A DNA stretch of 64,000 nt from a virus. Shown here piece after piece: positions 1-9,482 of this stretch (within the stretch, counting starts at the first letter, position 1; each line of letters begins with the position of its first letter). The notes under the pieces were generated by a model, which worked only from the letters and a program-made list of their open reading frames with translations, was not told where the DNA came from and searched no databases. A program made the position numbers and the translations under genes. The stretch spans positions 7,508 through 71,507 of IMG/VR virus record IMGVR_UViG_3300020204_002217. The stretch is one strand, 5' to 3'.

Positions 1-1
1 T

Positions 2-388
2 GATAACTACAGTTGCATCCTGGAAGTTGCTGGTTTGAAATCCTGCTGCTGCATGTGAAAGATGATGGTTGTGTGTTTTTACTTTGGGTGAGCCCAGGTA
101 GGCCATTGCTTCTAGTCCTAGAAGACTGCTGATTAAGAGGGGACCAAGGTCCTGTCCAGCCTGCAATTGACGAATTAATTTTAGCCACGGTTTTTCATAA
201 TAGTGAAATTCAACACTACTCCCTGTAAATTGCATTGCCTCTTCTAGTAAAGGTATACACAATTTAGCATCATGTTTAGTTTTACTATATCTTTCACTAT
301 GTCCTGCAAAAAGTATATCTCCTGTACTTGAAATTACACTAACCGCAGCATCGTGAAAGCCACAACTTATACCAAAGTGTGCATTCAT
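2..388 (-). CDS. Carbamoyltransferase, NodU/CmcH/TobZ family, N-terminal part (runs off the window; not in the ORF track)
   Basis: Manual translation from ATG at 388: MNAHFGISCGFHDAAVSVISSTGDILFAGHSERYSKTKHDAK...KTHNHHLSHAAAGFQTSNFQDATVVI. It has the family hallmarks HDAA, ERxSxxKHD, YYEKP and the HHxSH metal motif. Confidence 0.92.
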   Translation of the reverse strand, partial: MNAHFGISCGFHDAAVSVISSTGDILFAGHSERYSKTKHDAKLCIPLLEEAMQFTGSSVEFHYYEKPWLKLIRQLQAGQDLGPLLISSLLGLEAMAYLGSPKVKTHNHHLSHAAAGFQTSNFQDATVVI

Positions 389-390
389 AA

Positions 391-489
391 CTATTTATAT
401 ATGAAGGGGTCTCTTTTCCTCAACTCTTTTAACTTCTTGCGGTAAGCAATCTCCCTCTTCAACTTTTTCCACCATCGAACTAAAAACAT
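391..489 (-). CDS. Small basic 32-aa peptide MFLVRWWKKLKREIAYRKKLKELRKRDPFIYK, overprinted on the 3' end of the upstream gene
   Basis: Internal ATG at 489 of track ORF 391..579, preceded by a strong RBS (AGGAGAAAATCATG). The TAG stop lies 2 nt before the carbamoyltransferase ATG. Confidence 0.7.
   Translation of the reverse strand: MFLVRWWKKLKREIAYRKKLKELRKRDPFIYK
392..399 (-). promoter_or_regulatory. T4-type late promoter TATAAATA
   Basis: Perfect TATAAATA on the - strand, 3 nt upstream of the carbamoyltransferase ATG; gp55 is encoded in the window. Confidence 0.65.
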
Positions 490-1243
490 GATTTTCTCCT
501 GCAAATTTGTAAAGTTCTTCAGCAAATAATTCATGAGGAACTTCGTTATGATGCCAATATTTAGCTTTAGGATTTTCATATCCTAAATTCTTGTACTTCC
601 AATAAAAACACTCATCCTTATTTAGCAAGTTATAGTATCTACTTTGATCTATATGCTTAATATAATAATCAAGTAAGGTTTCTTTTTCACCTACAGTGTA
701 CATAGCATTACACATTAAGTATTCTATACCTTTTAATTTAAGATAATTTTGAAGCATTAATATACTAGTCACTGTAGCTATTTCAAGATACAATGGATTA
801 TCTGCCATAAATCTTTGCACCATTTGAAAATATTCTTTTTCTTCGTTACTATAGCTATTGTTATCGTCTCTTCCAGTACCATAATTTATATTATAGACAA
901 AATTTTGAGTTGTATCGAACCAGTCAGCAGACCTACAAATCTTTTCTCCGTCTATTTCGTAAGGTCTTACTAACTCCATTCTACCACTATCTGTCCAAGC
1001 TATTAGTACACTAAGAGTTACATAATCACTTTTAAGTTGATTATCAATCCAAGTCATAACTGATCGTGCTATACCAGCATTACTTATTGAATGATGACCT
1101 ATATTTACAGGTATTTTTCCTAACTTTCTAGCTAAACAATTGCCGAAACTGTATTGTCTATTATAAACACTATCTTGAGCGCCATTAATTTCAGCTCCGG
1201 CAATATGACTACAGCCGGCTATTAGCAATACATCTTGCGTCAT
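395..1243 (-). CDS. SGNH/GDSL hydrolase-like protein (possible sugar acyl esterase/transferase)
   Basis: N-terminal AGCSHIAG (block I Ser), NIG..SISNAGI (block II-like), IAWT..GR, and C-terminal HHNEVPHELFAE (block V His). Confidence 0.6.
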   Translation of the reverse strand: MTQDVLLIAGCSHIAGAEINGAQDSVYNRQYSFGNCLARKLGKIPVNIGHHSISNAGIARSVMTWIDNQLKSDYVTLSVLIAWTDSGRMELVRPYEIDGEKICRSADWFDTTQNFVYNINYGTGRDDNNSYSNEEKEYFQMVQRFMADNPLYLEIATVTSILMLQNYLKLKGIEYLMCNAMYTVGEKETLLDYYIKHIDQSRYYNLLNKDECFYWKYKNLGYENPKAKYWHHNEVPHELFAEELYKFAGENHVFSSMVEKVEEGDCLPQEVKRVEEKRPLHI

Positions 1244-1248
1244 ACTGC

Positions 1249-1256
1249 TACTTATA
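1249..1256 (-). promoter_or_regulatory. Late promoter variant TATAAGTA
   Basis: One mismatch to TATAAATA; 5 nt before ATG 1243; overlaps the upstream TAA stop. Confidence 0.5.
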
Positions 1257-3585
1257 CTGGAAATGCAGGTCTTTTTGTTTTTCTAACTTCAGGTACAGAA
1301 ACAATAATTTCTAACTCAGGTTTAGGCTTTACGTCTGACCTTTTAATGTCTAATACATTTACAGTAGCAAGTGACAATGCTTCTTTGGCAGTCATTGCTT
1401 CTTTTTCAGGTATTACTGTTGCTGTACTGTTGGAAACTTTAACCTCATAATTTTTATAATCGCCCCAATCGCCTTGACCTACATAATGGTTTTCAAAACT
1501 AAAATCTATACTAGCGTTTAATGCTGCTTCTTCATTTAATAAATTTGCAAAATCTTGTCCACTACGGCCCTCATCCTCACTCCACTGAGGTTTAGCTAAC
1601 TTCCTAGCACGTTTAGCAGTATTAGCTTGTATACGAGAATAGTCCTGTGCATAGAAAGGACCCTTACGTCCTTGTGGGGGAGGCAAACGATCATCAGTTG
1701 GATTATCTATTTGATTAAACTTTGTATAAAAGTCTGCTTCCCATTTACCGTCCTTATTAATTTTAAATTTGTATATTCCTGTATAGAAACATGCACCATA
1801 AGTATTACCAAATTCACGTTGGTCTATTTCAGGATTAAAATGTATTTCTGCAGTAAATCCACCTCTTACCTTCCATAACATACGCAAGAAAGTCCAAGGT
1901 TCATTTACTAAACTATTTGCATAAGGGTTATTTGGATCTACAGGGGGTATAATATTATAATCAAATTTCTCATATTGTATTTCTCTAAAATATGTAGGAT
2001 CGTCAAATTTTATTAGATAATGTTCCTTACGTAAATTATCACGTATAGGATAACTTATAGGATTATCTGTAAATCCTTTAAACATATCTAACCACATATG
2101 TATAAGTTTAACGCGAGCCATAATATGACTTCCGCCCTTAGTAAAATCGTTACTTATCCAAAAGCCCTGATACTTGTGCCATGACACATTAAATTTATGG
2201 GGATTTTGTCCTACTATAGTCTCAGGCCCTAAGCCATAACCAACACCCAGACCTGCATTATTAATATTCATGTTTCTTTGACGCCACATGAATGTCATAG
2301 TGTCTGCAAAGTCTTGATAATCTTCTGTAGGGAATCCTACAATCCAATTAGTTGCAGCCCATATTCCTACTTCTTTACCGGCTTTAAAATTATCTTCCAT
2401 TTCTTGTATAGTCACACCTTTTGCCATATCATCTAATACTTTTTGACTACCGCTTTCACAACCATAGTTAAACATTATGCAGCCGCCTTCTTTAAGGTCT
2501 TTAAAGTATTCAAGATCCATACGTCCGTCGCAACGTGCATATCCAGTCCAGTTTATTTTAAGACCTTTTGCTGCTACTGCTTTACAGAAAGCACGTAATT
2601 CTTTTAAGTTTCCATTAACAAGACTATCAATAAACCATATAATATCTGTGCCTTTATTATAGTAAAGCCATTCTACTTCTGTGACTAGGTCTACTGCTTG
2701 ACGTTGACGATACTTCCAAAAGTGAGTTTCTTCGCAAAATGTACACTTAGCTGTACATCCGCGACTAATTTCGCTGTTTACTCCATTGGGTAATTCATAT
2801 AAGCTAAAGTCAATACTTTCATAGTCTGGCATTGGTAGACCATTGATGTTTAATCTTTCATCTTCTGGTTGACTTAAAATTAATGGAGTATTTCTAATAT
2901 TACCATTTTCTGCATCTTCTAAAAGTTTTAGTAAATTAATTTCACCTTCACCTATGACAACATAATCATAATAAGGTTCAACTTTGAACCAACTCTTATG
3001 CACGTTAGGTCCACCTACTGCTATTTTGATTTCGGGCTTCCTACGTTTTAATTCTTCGCACATCCATTTGGTAGGTTCTTCGCTGATATAATATACACTG
3101 AAGCCAACTACGTCCGGATCTTTTGACAATATTTTATCTATTGTATCTGATAATATAGGTTCAAGTAAAGGATGAACATATCTTTTATAATTGTCGCCTA
3201 ACCAACGCCAGCTAGCACTAGGATCCCAAAGTCTAAATGGAATTTTTTCATTTGGACGCCAATCATCTCTATAAGCATTATAAGCAAGAACATTTAAGTC
3301 ATAAATGTTTGTTTCGTAGCCTGAACTTTTTGCTACACCGGATAGTCTTGCTAGACTAAATGGAGGCATATATGGACTCCACTCAGGACACAATACTAAA
3401 GCTAATTTCGTTTTACGTGTTTTATAATCTACATAAACGGGTGTTAGGTTTTTCTGCACTGTAGGTTTTGCATATGGCGCAATAGCATTCATCATGCTGC
3501 GATGACGTTCATCTGCAATATCCTCAGTGGGTCTTTGGTGAGGCTTTAATTCATTTACTGCTAAGTGTCTTAAGTTAAAATCCAA
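1252..3585 (-). CDS. Cobalamin-binding radical SAM enzyme (class B methyltransferase-like), 777 aa
   Basis: B12-binding-like region (PPFSLARL, VVGFSVY, IAVGGPNV, VVIGEGE), SRGCTAKCTFC CxxxCxxC motif, GCESGSQKVL, WIVGFPTE. TTG start with an AAGGAG RBS. Confidence 0.9.
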   Translation of the reverse strand: MDFNLRHLAVNELKPHQRPTEDIADERHRSMMNAIAPYAKPTVQKNLTPVYVDYKTRKTKLALVLCPEWSPYMPPFSLARLSGVAKSSGYETNIYDLNVLAYNAYRDDWRPNEKIPFRLWDPSASWRWLGDNYKRYVHPLLEPILSDTIDKILSKDPDVVGFSVYYISEEPTKWMCEELKRRKPEIKIAVGGPNVHKSWFKVEPYYDYVVIGEGEINLLKLLEDAENGNIRNTPLILSQPEDERLNINGLPMPDYESIDFSLYELPNGVNSEISRGCTAKCTFCEETHFWKYRQRQAVDLVTEVEWLYYNKGTDIIWFIDSLVNGNLKELRAFCKAVAAKGLKINWTGYARCDGRMDLEYFKDLKEGGCIMFNYGCESGSQKVLDDMAKGVTIQEMEDNFKAGKEVGIWAATNWIVGFPTEDYQDFADTMTFMWRQRNMNINNAGLGVGYGLGPETIVGQNPHKFNVSWHKYQGFWISNDFTKGGSHIMARVKLIHMWLDMFKGFTDNPISYPIRDNLRKEHYLIKFDDPTYFREIQYEKFDYNIIPPVDPNNPYANSLVNEPWTFLRMLWKVRGGFTAEIHFNPEIDQREFGNTYGACFYTGIYKFKINKDGKWEADFYTKFNQIDNPTDDRLPPPQGRKGPFYAQDYSRIQANTAKRARKLAKPQWSEDEGRSGQDFANLLNEEAALNASIDFSFENHYVGQGDWGDYKNYEVKVSNSTATVIPEKEAMTAKEALSLATVNVLDIKRSDVKPKPELEIIVSVPEVRKTKRPAFPV

Positions 3586-3604
3586 TTTGTGTATACTCCT
3601 TACT

Positions 3605-3611
3605 TATTTAG
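3605..3611 (-). promoter_or_regulatory. Late promoter-like CTAAATA
   Basis: Overlaps the TAA stop of 3608..4264 and is followed by AAGGAG and the TTG start. Confidence 0.45.
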
Positions 3612-4264
3612 ATTTTAGCAAAGAAGCCGCGTAAACTTTTTGTAAAGCCTTCAGTCGCTTTTATAAAATCATGTTGTAATTTATAGTGAATTATGGCCCT
3701 TTTTCCAATAATACGTGTGGTTTCATGATAAAATCCAGATACTCTTGCTACATGATTATAGGTTTCTTCATTTTCGTCATTATTTTCAATAACAAGCACA
3801 TCAGCAGTAAGAGGTAATGCAGGTCTTATATGTTCTAAATATTGGTTCAGCATATTTTGTTTATCGGTTACTGCTTCAGGAATAGTAATAACTATTAGAT
3901 CATAATTTTTCTTTGGTATATCCACAGGGTATTTACATACTACTGTATCTACGTGATATGGTATATAATGATTAAAAGATATTTGTTTTAAGTAACTACA
4001 TTTTTGAGAACTATCATCACAAAATGTTATTTTATTTGTAACTCCTAATCCTAATAATTCAAAGCCTATCTCACCCATATTAGAATTAATTATTAATGTG
4101 TTAAGATAAAATCTATGATATATAGTTCCTATAAACTCTATTAGTTCAGGAATTATATCATAATGTTCATAAACCTTTTCATTTGGTTCGTAAAGTATGA
4201 TATTGCTATGAAGAAAAATTCTTCCCTTATCTGGGTCGTCTAAAGCTGTTTTTGAGTTTATCAT
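3608..4264 (-). CDS. Degenerate class I SAM methyltransferase-like protein
   Basis: LIINSNMGEIGFELL (eroded motif I), ITFCDD, YDLIVITIP (motif IV-like). Confidence 0.45.
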   Translation of the reverse strand: MINSKTALDDPDKGRIFLHSNIILYEPNEKVYEHYDIIPELIEFIGTIYHRFYLNTLIINSNMGEIGFELLGLGVTNKITFCDDSSQKCSYLKQISFNHYIPYHVDTVVCKYPVDIPKKNYDLIVITIPEAVTDKQNMLNQYLEHIRPALPLTADVLVIENNDENEETYNHVARVSGFYHETTRIIGKRAIIHYKLQHDFIKATEGFTKSLRGFFAKI

Positions 4265-4265
4265 A

Positions 4266-6551
4266 TTAATTTAAAAAAGTCGTATCTACCTTATAGTTAT
4301 TATTTTCCTTAAAAAATAGCATATGATTGTATTCAACTATGGGTTTAACATTTTTATAAAAATCTAACCATTGTGTTGTATAGGTTAGCAATCTTTTAAT
4401 TTCTTTATATACTGCTTCCAAACGTAAATCATCATCTTCTATTTGATCATAATTTTCATCAATAAATGGACTAAAAGTTTTGTACCCTAAATTATGTAGT
4501 TCCTTTAAAATAGTGGGTTTTCCTAAAATTATAAAAGGATGTTTCATAGCAATAGCTTTATAAGTTTTTTCACTTATAAAAACAGTATCATCTCTTCCAT
4601 TTGTGTAAAAGTCTGTTTCAGTAATTATACTAAAACTACTTGATTTAAAGTATTTAAAATCGTCTGGAAGTATATCTACTGGATTGGGTCGTTCTGGTGT
4701 AATGTTTAACCTTAAAGGTAAATCTTTTTTAAATTTACGTATGTTTGAACACATAGGAGAATTTATAGTTGTAATTAAAAATTGTTTATCTCCCTCAAAT
4801 GAGACATGTCCCATATGTACTATACTGTCTCTATACATATTATCCAATAACTTTATTCTATGCAACCTAGGCACTTTGTTAAAACATAAAAAATTCTTTT
4901 CTCTAAATGTAAGTTCATAATCTCCAGTAAACTCTACATTTTTATATTTTTTTCTAGTAGCATGATGAAAGTAATTCGTACAAACTATAGTAATGTACCT
5001 TTCTATATTATACTTAATACATAAATTTCTATACAAAGATTTCTGAACGCTTGCGCCAGTTAATAACACAAAATGTGCCGAATCAATTTTATGTGCTACT
5101 AGACTATGAATTCTATGAATTTTTAAGACTATTGACTCCAATAGTGTTTCAGAACAACAATCAAATATAATTCTATTTTTGCCGTTATCTATAGCTTGTA
5201 TAATTTCCTCTACGACATCCTCAGTTGGTCGTAACCTAAATGTACACATAGGCGCTATATCCGCAGGGATTATATGCGCTCTATGTAAACTTGATCCTAT
5301 TTCTGGAATAAACAGAATTATTTGATCTAGTCTATCTCTAAATTCTTTTTCTGTTAGTTTATGCTTTTTTTTAGGACGTGTATCACCATAGTGAATTATC
5401 TCACCAGTATGATTTCTATGATTTAACTTACGCCATGGGTCAATAACAACTGTATGTTGCGGAAAATTAAGTTTTTCTGTATAGTCGTCCCAATACCCTA
5501 TTAAGTAAACGTCTGTCCAATCTTCATGCAGTTCATAATCCTCGGTGTTAGGATCATAATATCTAACGTAACCACCGTGTAACATTATGTAATGACCTAT
5601 TAATAAGCTATTACTACCCTGAGTATAATGAACTTTTGGTTTATAGGCTTTGCCAACTATTGTGATTTTTTTACCATTTTTTAAACAGCGCAAGGCCATA
5701 TTTTCTGCTTGCACTTCTCTTGCCTTCATAATACTATCAAATAGATCATAACCCAAATTTAAACGATCTGCTAAAAATCTAAGTGCAATATTATCTCTAG
5801 GATGACAAGCTCCGGCATCACCTAGTCCTGCTTTCATATATGCTGGACCCATGATACGGTGTGTAGATTTAGCAAGAGCGTTTGTCACAACATCCACATT
5901 CATGTTTCCATTAAATTCAGCAACGTCTTGTATCATGTTGACTAAAGCTAATTTTGTACTAATAAAAGTATTGTAAAAAATCTTAATAGCTTCAGCTTCA
6001 TCCCAAGTACCTACTTCATATCGAGGCTCATTCTGCATAAAAACCTTGTAAAAATCTATAAGTTCTTTTGCGTCGCCTGTTAAACTACCATCTTCTGTTC
6101 CAATGATAACCATTTCAGGATTAACCATATCCCATTTTATAGTGCCCATTGCTATTAAATATGGATTGTAAATAAAACGTGCTTTAGTTATACATGGACG
6201 TAATAGAGTTCGTGTGGTACCTGGTAATACTGTGCTAATTAAAACTACAAGTTGGTGAGATTTGGCATGTAAATTAACTTCACGTAATATATTAATTACC
6301 GGAGTATAATCAAAGTCTTTGTTAGGGAGATGACTAGTAGGAGTTTCTCCTCCATACATGTCTTCGTGTGGTGTAGGAGCTGCTATAAAAATTATGTTTC
6401 TGTCTGCTATAGCATCCTGAATACTGTCTTTCATAACAAACCCAGGACTTCTGGGCAAAATATCGTAACCTACTACATCATAATGTTGAGCCATTACTTC
6501 AGCGCAATCTTTACCCAATTTTCCAACACCTATCATTGCTACTTTCTTCAT
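4266..6551 (-). CDS. UDP-glucose/GDP-mannose dehydrogenase fused to a GT10-like (fucosyltransferase-like) domain
   Basis: GVGKLG Rossmann motif, FIAAPTP, STVLPGT, EAIKIFYNTF, catalytic GACHPRD, GKAYKP. The C-terminal ~370 aa carry FSIITET..ISEKTYKAIAMKHPFIILG. Confidence 0.88.
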   Translation of the reverse strand: MKKVAMIGVGKLGKDCAEVMAQHYDVVGYDILPRSPGFVMKDSIQDAIADRNIIFIAAPTPHEDMYGGETPTSHLPNKDFDYTPVINILREVNLHAKSHQLVVLISTVLPGTTRTLLRPCITKARFIYNPYLIAMGTIKWDMVNPEMVIIGTEDGSLTGDAKELIDFYKVFMQNEPRYEVGTWDEAEAIKIFYNTFISTKLALVNMIQDVAEFNGNMNVDVVTNALAKSTHRIMGPAYMKAGLGDAGACHPRDNIALRFLADRLNLGYDLFDSIMKAREVQAENMALRCLKNGKKITIVGKAYKPKVHYTQGSNSLLIGHYIMLHGGYVRYYDPNTEDYELHEDWTDVYLIGYWDDYTEKLNFPQHTVVIDPWRKLNHRNHTGEIIHYGDTRPKKKHKLTEKEFRDRLDQIILFIPEIGSSLHRAHIIPADIAPMCTFRLRPTEDVVEEIIQAIDNGKNRIIFDCCSETLLESIVLKIHRIHSLVAHKIDSAHFVLLTGASVQKSLYRNLCIKYNIERYITIVCTNYFHHATRKKYKNVEFTGDYELTFREKNFLCFNKVPRLHRIKLLDNMYRDSIVHMGHVSFEGDKQFLITTINSPMCSNIRKFKKDLPLRLNITPERPNPVDILPDDFKYFKSSSFSIITETDFYTNGRDDTVFISEKTYKAIAMKHPFIILGKPTILKELHNLGYKTFSPFIDENYDQIEDDDLRLEAVYKEIKRLLTYTTQWLDFYKNVKPIVEYNHMLFFKENNNYKVDTTFLN

Positions 6552-6558
6552 AGTTGAT

Positions 6559-6565
6559 TATTTAG
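6559..6565 (-). promoter_or_regulatory. Late promoter-like CTAAATA
   Basis: Overlaps the TAA stop at 6562; 7 nt before ATG 6551; no Shine-Dalgarno. Confidence 0.45.
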
Positions 6566-7560
6566 TTAGTCATTGCTTGACGTAGAAATTGCTTATATCT
6601 GTAATCTACATCGTAAAAATCACTATTATCTACTTTTAACTCTTTTATACGACATTGTATTATTTGTGGAATATATGTAATGTCATGAATTATTTCTAAA
6701 GCTCTATTATAATTATGTAGAATTTTAGGATAAAGCTTATTATATAATAACTTTAAATTTTCATTTTTAATATTATGTAGATTAAGTACTAATTGTTTAG
6801 CTCTATCATCTAAAACTACATTACTGTCAAATTTGTAATCAATTATTTCATCATATAGCTCAAAGCCTAGGTGTTTAAGATATTGATAATAATTGGGCAA
6901 ACTTAATACCACAAAAGGCTTTTTGAGCAAGATAGGCACTATAGTTTTTTCAGTTATGAACGGGACACTATCTGTAGCTTCGCCTACAACCTGCATGAAA
7001 CTTTTATGTTGTTGTTTACAGAAAAAGAAACTATCTTGAAGTTGATAAAAGTCATCCCCTACTGATCTGTAACTGTTGTCATAATGTTTAAATTTATAAT
7101 GAGTGTTAATATAAGGAAATCTATTCCATGAAACAACACCTATATCTAATAGACCTTGCTCACTTATATTGTCTATTAAGGCGCAACGATGATCATGTGA
7201 TTTATTGTTTAAATTAATAAAAGGATAATCAAATTGGTCATATTTTACACTATCATAATCTATAGTATTACGTAGTAACATTTCGCCCCAATTAAACCAA
7301 AAACTATACCAATGTATTAATGTTATTTCTATTTTATCGCTTTCATAATATTTATAAAAGTCGTGATTAAAAGATGAAAATATATACGTAATTTTTCTTA
7401 CACCCTTATTAAAAAGATCATCATAAAAATTATCGTTTATTGCCCAAAACCATTCTGTATCAGTATTAATTATTATATGGGAGGCAGTTGCGTTTTCAAT
7501 AATATAATTATTATTATCGCCCCGCTGGTTGAAAAACCATTTTACTTCTTTGTGAGCCAT
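6562..7560 (-). CDS. GT10-like glycosyltransferase-related protein
   Basis: LNNKSHDHR, QVVGEA..FITEKTIVPILLKKPFVV..LKHLGFELYDEIIDYKFD. Paralogous to the C-terminus of 4266..6551 and to 12188..13588. Confidence 0.6.
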   Translation of the reverse strand: MAHKEVKWFFNQRGDNNNYIIENATASHIIINTDTEWFWAINDNFYDDLFNKGVRKITYIFSSFNHDFYKYYESDKIEITLIHWYSFWFNWGEMLLRNTIDYDSVKYDQFDYPFINLNNKSHDHRCALIDNISEQGLLDIGVVSWNRFPYINTHYKFKHYDNSYRSVGDDFYQLQDSFFFCKQQHKSFMQVVGEATDSVPFITEKTIVPILLKKPFVVLSLPNYYQYLKHLGFELYDEIIDYKFDSNVVLDDRAKQLVLNLHNIKNENLKLLYNKLYPKILHNYNRALEIIHDITYIPQIIQCRIKELKVDNSDFYDVDYRYKQFLRQAMTN

Positions 7561-9482
7561 GCTTTACCAAAATTTCTACGTCTAGCAAAAAATATCTGTT
7601 CACAAAATCTTTGTAGTGATTGGTGTTTATCTTCAGGAAAATCAAACTCATATGTGCATGTTGAATGGGAATAAAGATTACTATTGTCTTTTACATATCC
7701 TGGAATGTCAAAGTTTAAATTAAGTATTTTTGGATAATCAGAAATAGTGTTGTAATCAATTAAAAATGTTTTTTGAAATAGTACTAGCTCTTTTTGTAAG
7801 TCATAATCTAAATTAAAGTACGTGTAAAGAAAGTTATCTATAAATTTAAATATATGACTATGTTTGTTTTCACTATGTATATTAATAACAGTGCTATGTA
7901 TTAAGTTCCAACCATGTATTTCCATTCCTTGTATAGGATCATGATCTATTTTACCTTCCTCAGTCCATTTAGAGTAATGAGTTCGAATCCTTTTAATTTC
8001 TTCACTAAACCATTCATCTTTTTGTATGTACTCAAAAAGTAATTCATAAAATTTACTATACTCTACATTTTGTGATTTATACAATACTCTACTAATATAA
8101 TTTGTTATACCGTTAATATGGAACGTGTTTATAAACCAACTCCATACTTGAGCCTCAATCATGTCATGTCTAGGCATATCTTTTGTCGATACTATAACCT
8201 CTATTCCTTCTTTTAGCTCATGCTCATTATATGTGCCTACAAGATAATCATAGACAACTTTGCCTTCTAAATTAAACTCTTCTTTTTGTGTAAGGTTCAT
8301 TTCGGCATTTTCTAATAACTGTGCTTGGTAGACTGTAATGCCAGTATGGTTTCCTGCTTTAAATAGCTTATAGAAGTTATCTTTCCAAGTTTGTAGTGTT
8401 TCGCCCGGCAAACCTAAAATTAGTTCAGTATACAACGGAATGCTATACTGTTCACATATTTCAAATACCTCTTCAATCTTGTTCATCTCAAGATTTTTTC
8501 TTTTGATGATATCTAAAACGTTATCATCCATACTTTGCACAGATAAGTTCAGTCCCATCTTACTTCCGCCTTCATAAATTAGCTTACGAACAATATCAAC
8601 TACTTCTTGTTTTTGATTTTTAGCCCAAGCTATCGTATAGGCCTTAGGATTACCATACTTCTTTTGTACTTCAATTAGTTTATCAGCTATCAAACTGTCT
8701 CGTTCTGGAAAAATACCGAAGTTAGCATCTGTCAAACTTATAAAATCTAATCCATGACTTCCTATCCATTCTAATTCATCAAATACTCTGTGCAAATCAA
8801 ACTTCTTTACTTTATTATAAGTAAGACTGCCCCAGTCACAAAATGTACATGCATATGGACAACCCCGATTTGTTTCTAGTGTGGCATTCCAGCGTATCTC
8901 CGGATGATCATTCATCAACTTATCAAACACACCCGTAAGATAAGGACTAGGAATCTCGTCAAGTTTTTCAATTCTTATACCAGGACCAGTATCAAATATT
9001 TTGCCATTATCATTAATAAGCAAACCCGATATTGATTTAAAACTAGCTCCCTTTACACTTATAGTTTCAAGTAATTTCTTAAAAGTTATTTCACCTTCTT
9101 GTTTAACAGCTATATCTACATATGGGAATTTTTCAAAAAAATTCTTATCAGTAATAGGAGGTTCCGGGCCTCCGATAAAAATTAAAATGTCTTTGTTTCT
9201 TTTTTTAAGTTTTTTAGCTAGAACGTTGTTATAACTACGGTTCCAAATATAAGTACTAAACCCTACGACCTGACTATCTTTAAGTTTTTCTACAGCCTCT
9301 TCGATAGTATCGCGACGCCAGATAAATTCACCTAATTCAAACTTATCTGTTATATGTTTAAATTGGCTTACATAGCTCCATAATACAGCCGGGCTATAGG
9401 GTAAGTAGTAGGCATTAAATTCTTTAGGACCCTGTTGAAAATTAGGGTTGACAAAACTGACGGTTATTTTTGACATAGCCAT
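7542..9482 (-). CDS. Cobalamin-binding radical SAM enzyme, 646 aa
   Basis: YLPYSPAVL, VVGFSTYIWN, IFIGGPEP, QEGE, ETNRGCPYACTFCDW, DANFG, LSVQS, ELILGLPGET. Confidence 0.92.
   Translation of the reverse strand: MAMSKITVSFVNPNFQQGPKEFNAYYLPYSPAVLWSYVSQFKHITDKFELGEFIWRRDTIEEAVEKLKDSQVVGFSTYIWNRSYNNVLAKKLKKRNKDILIFIGGPEPPITDKNFFEKFPYVDIAVKQEGEITFKKLLETISVKGASFKSISGLLINDNGKIFDTGPGIRIEKLDEIPSPYLTGVFDKLMNDHPEIRWNATLETNRGCPYACTFCDWGSLTYNKVKKFDLHRVFDELEWIGSHGLDFISLTDANFGIFPERDSLIADKLIEVQKKYGNPKAYTIAWAKNQKQEVVDIVRKLIYEGGSKMGLNLSVQSMDDNVLDIIKRKNLEMNKIEEVFEICEQYSIPLYTELILGLPGETLQTWKDNFYKLFKAGNHTGITVYQAQLLENAEMNLTQKEEFNLEGKVVYDYLVGTYNEHELKEGIEVIVSTKDMPRHDMIEAQVWSWFINTFHINGITNYISRVLYKSQNVEYSKFYELLFEYIQKDEWFSEEIKRIRTHYSKWTEEGKIDHDPIQGMEIHGWNLIHSTVINIHSENKHSHIFKFIDNFLYTYFNLDYDLQKELVLFQKTFLIDYNTISDYPKILNLNFDIPGYVKDNSNLYSHSTCTYEFDFPEDKHQSLQRFCEQIFFARRRNFGKAWLTKK

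Noticed and set aside
490-579. N-terminal 30 codons of track ORF 391..579
   Set aside because: The RBS lies before the internal ATG at 489; the upstream part is probably a fortuitous open frame.
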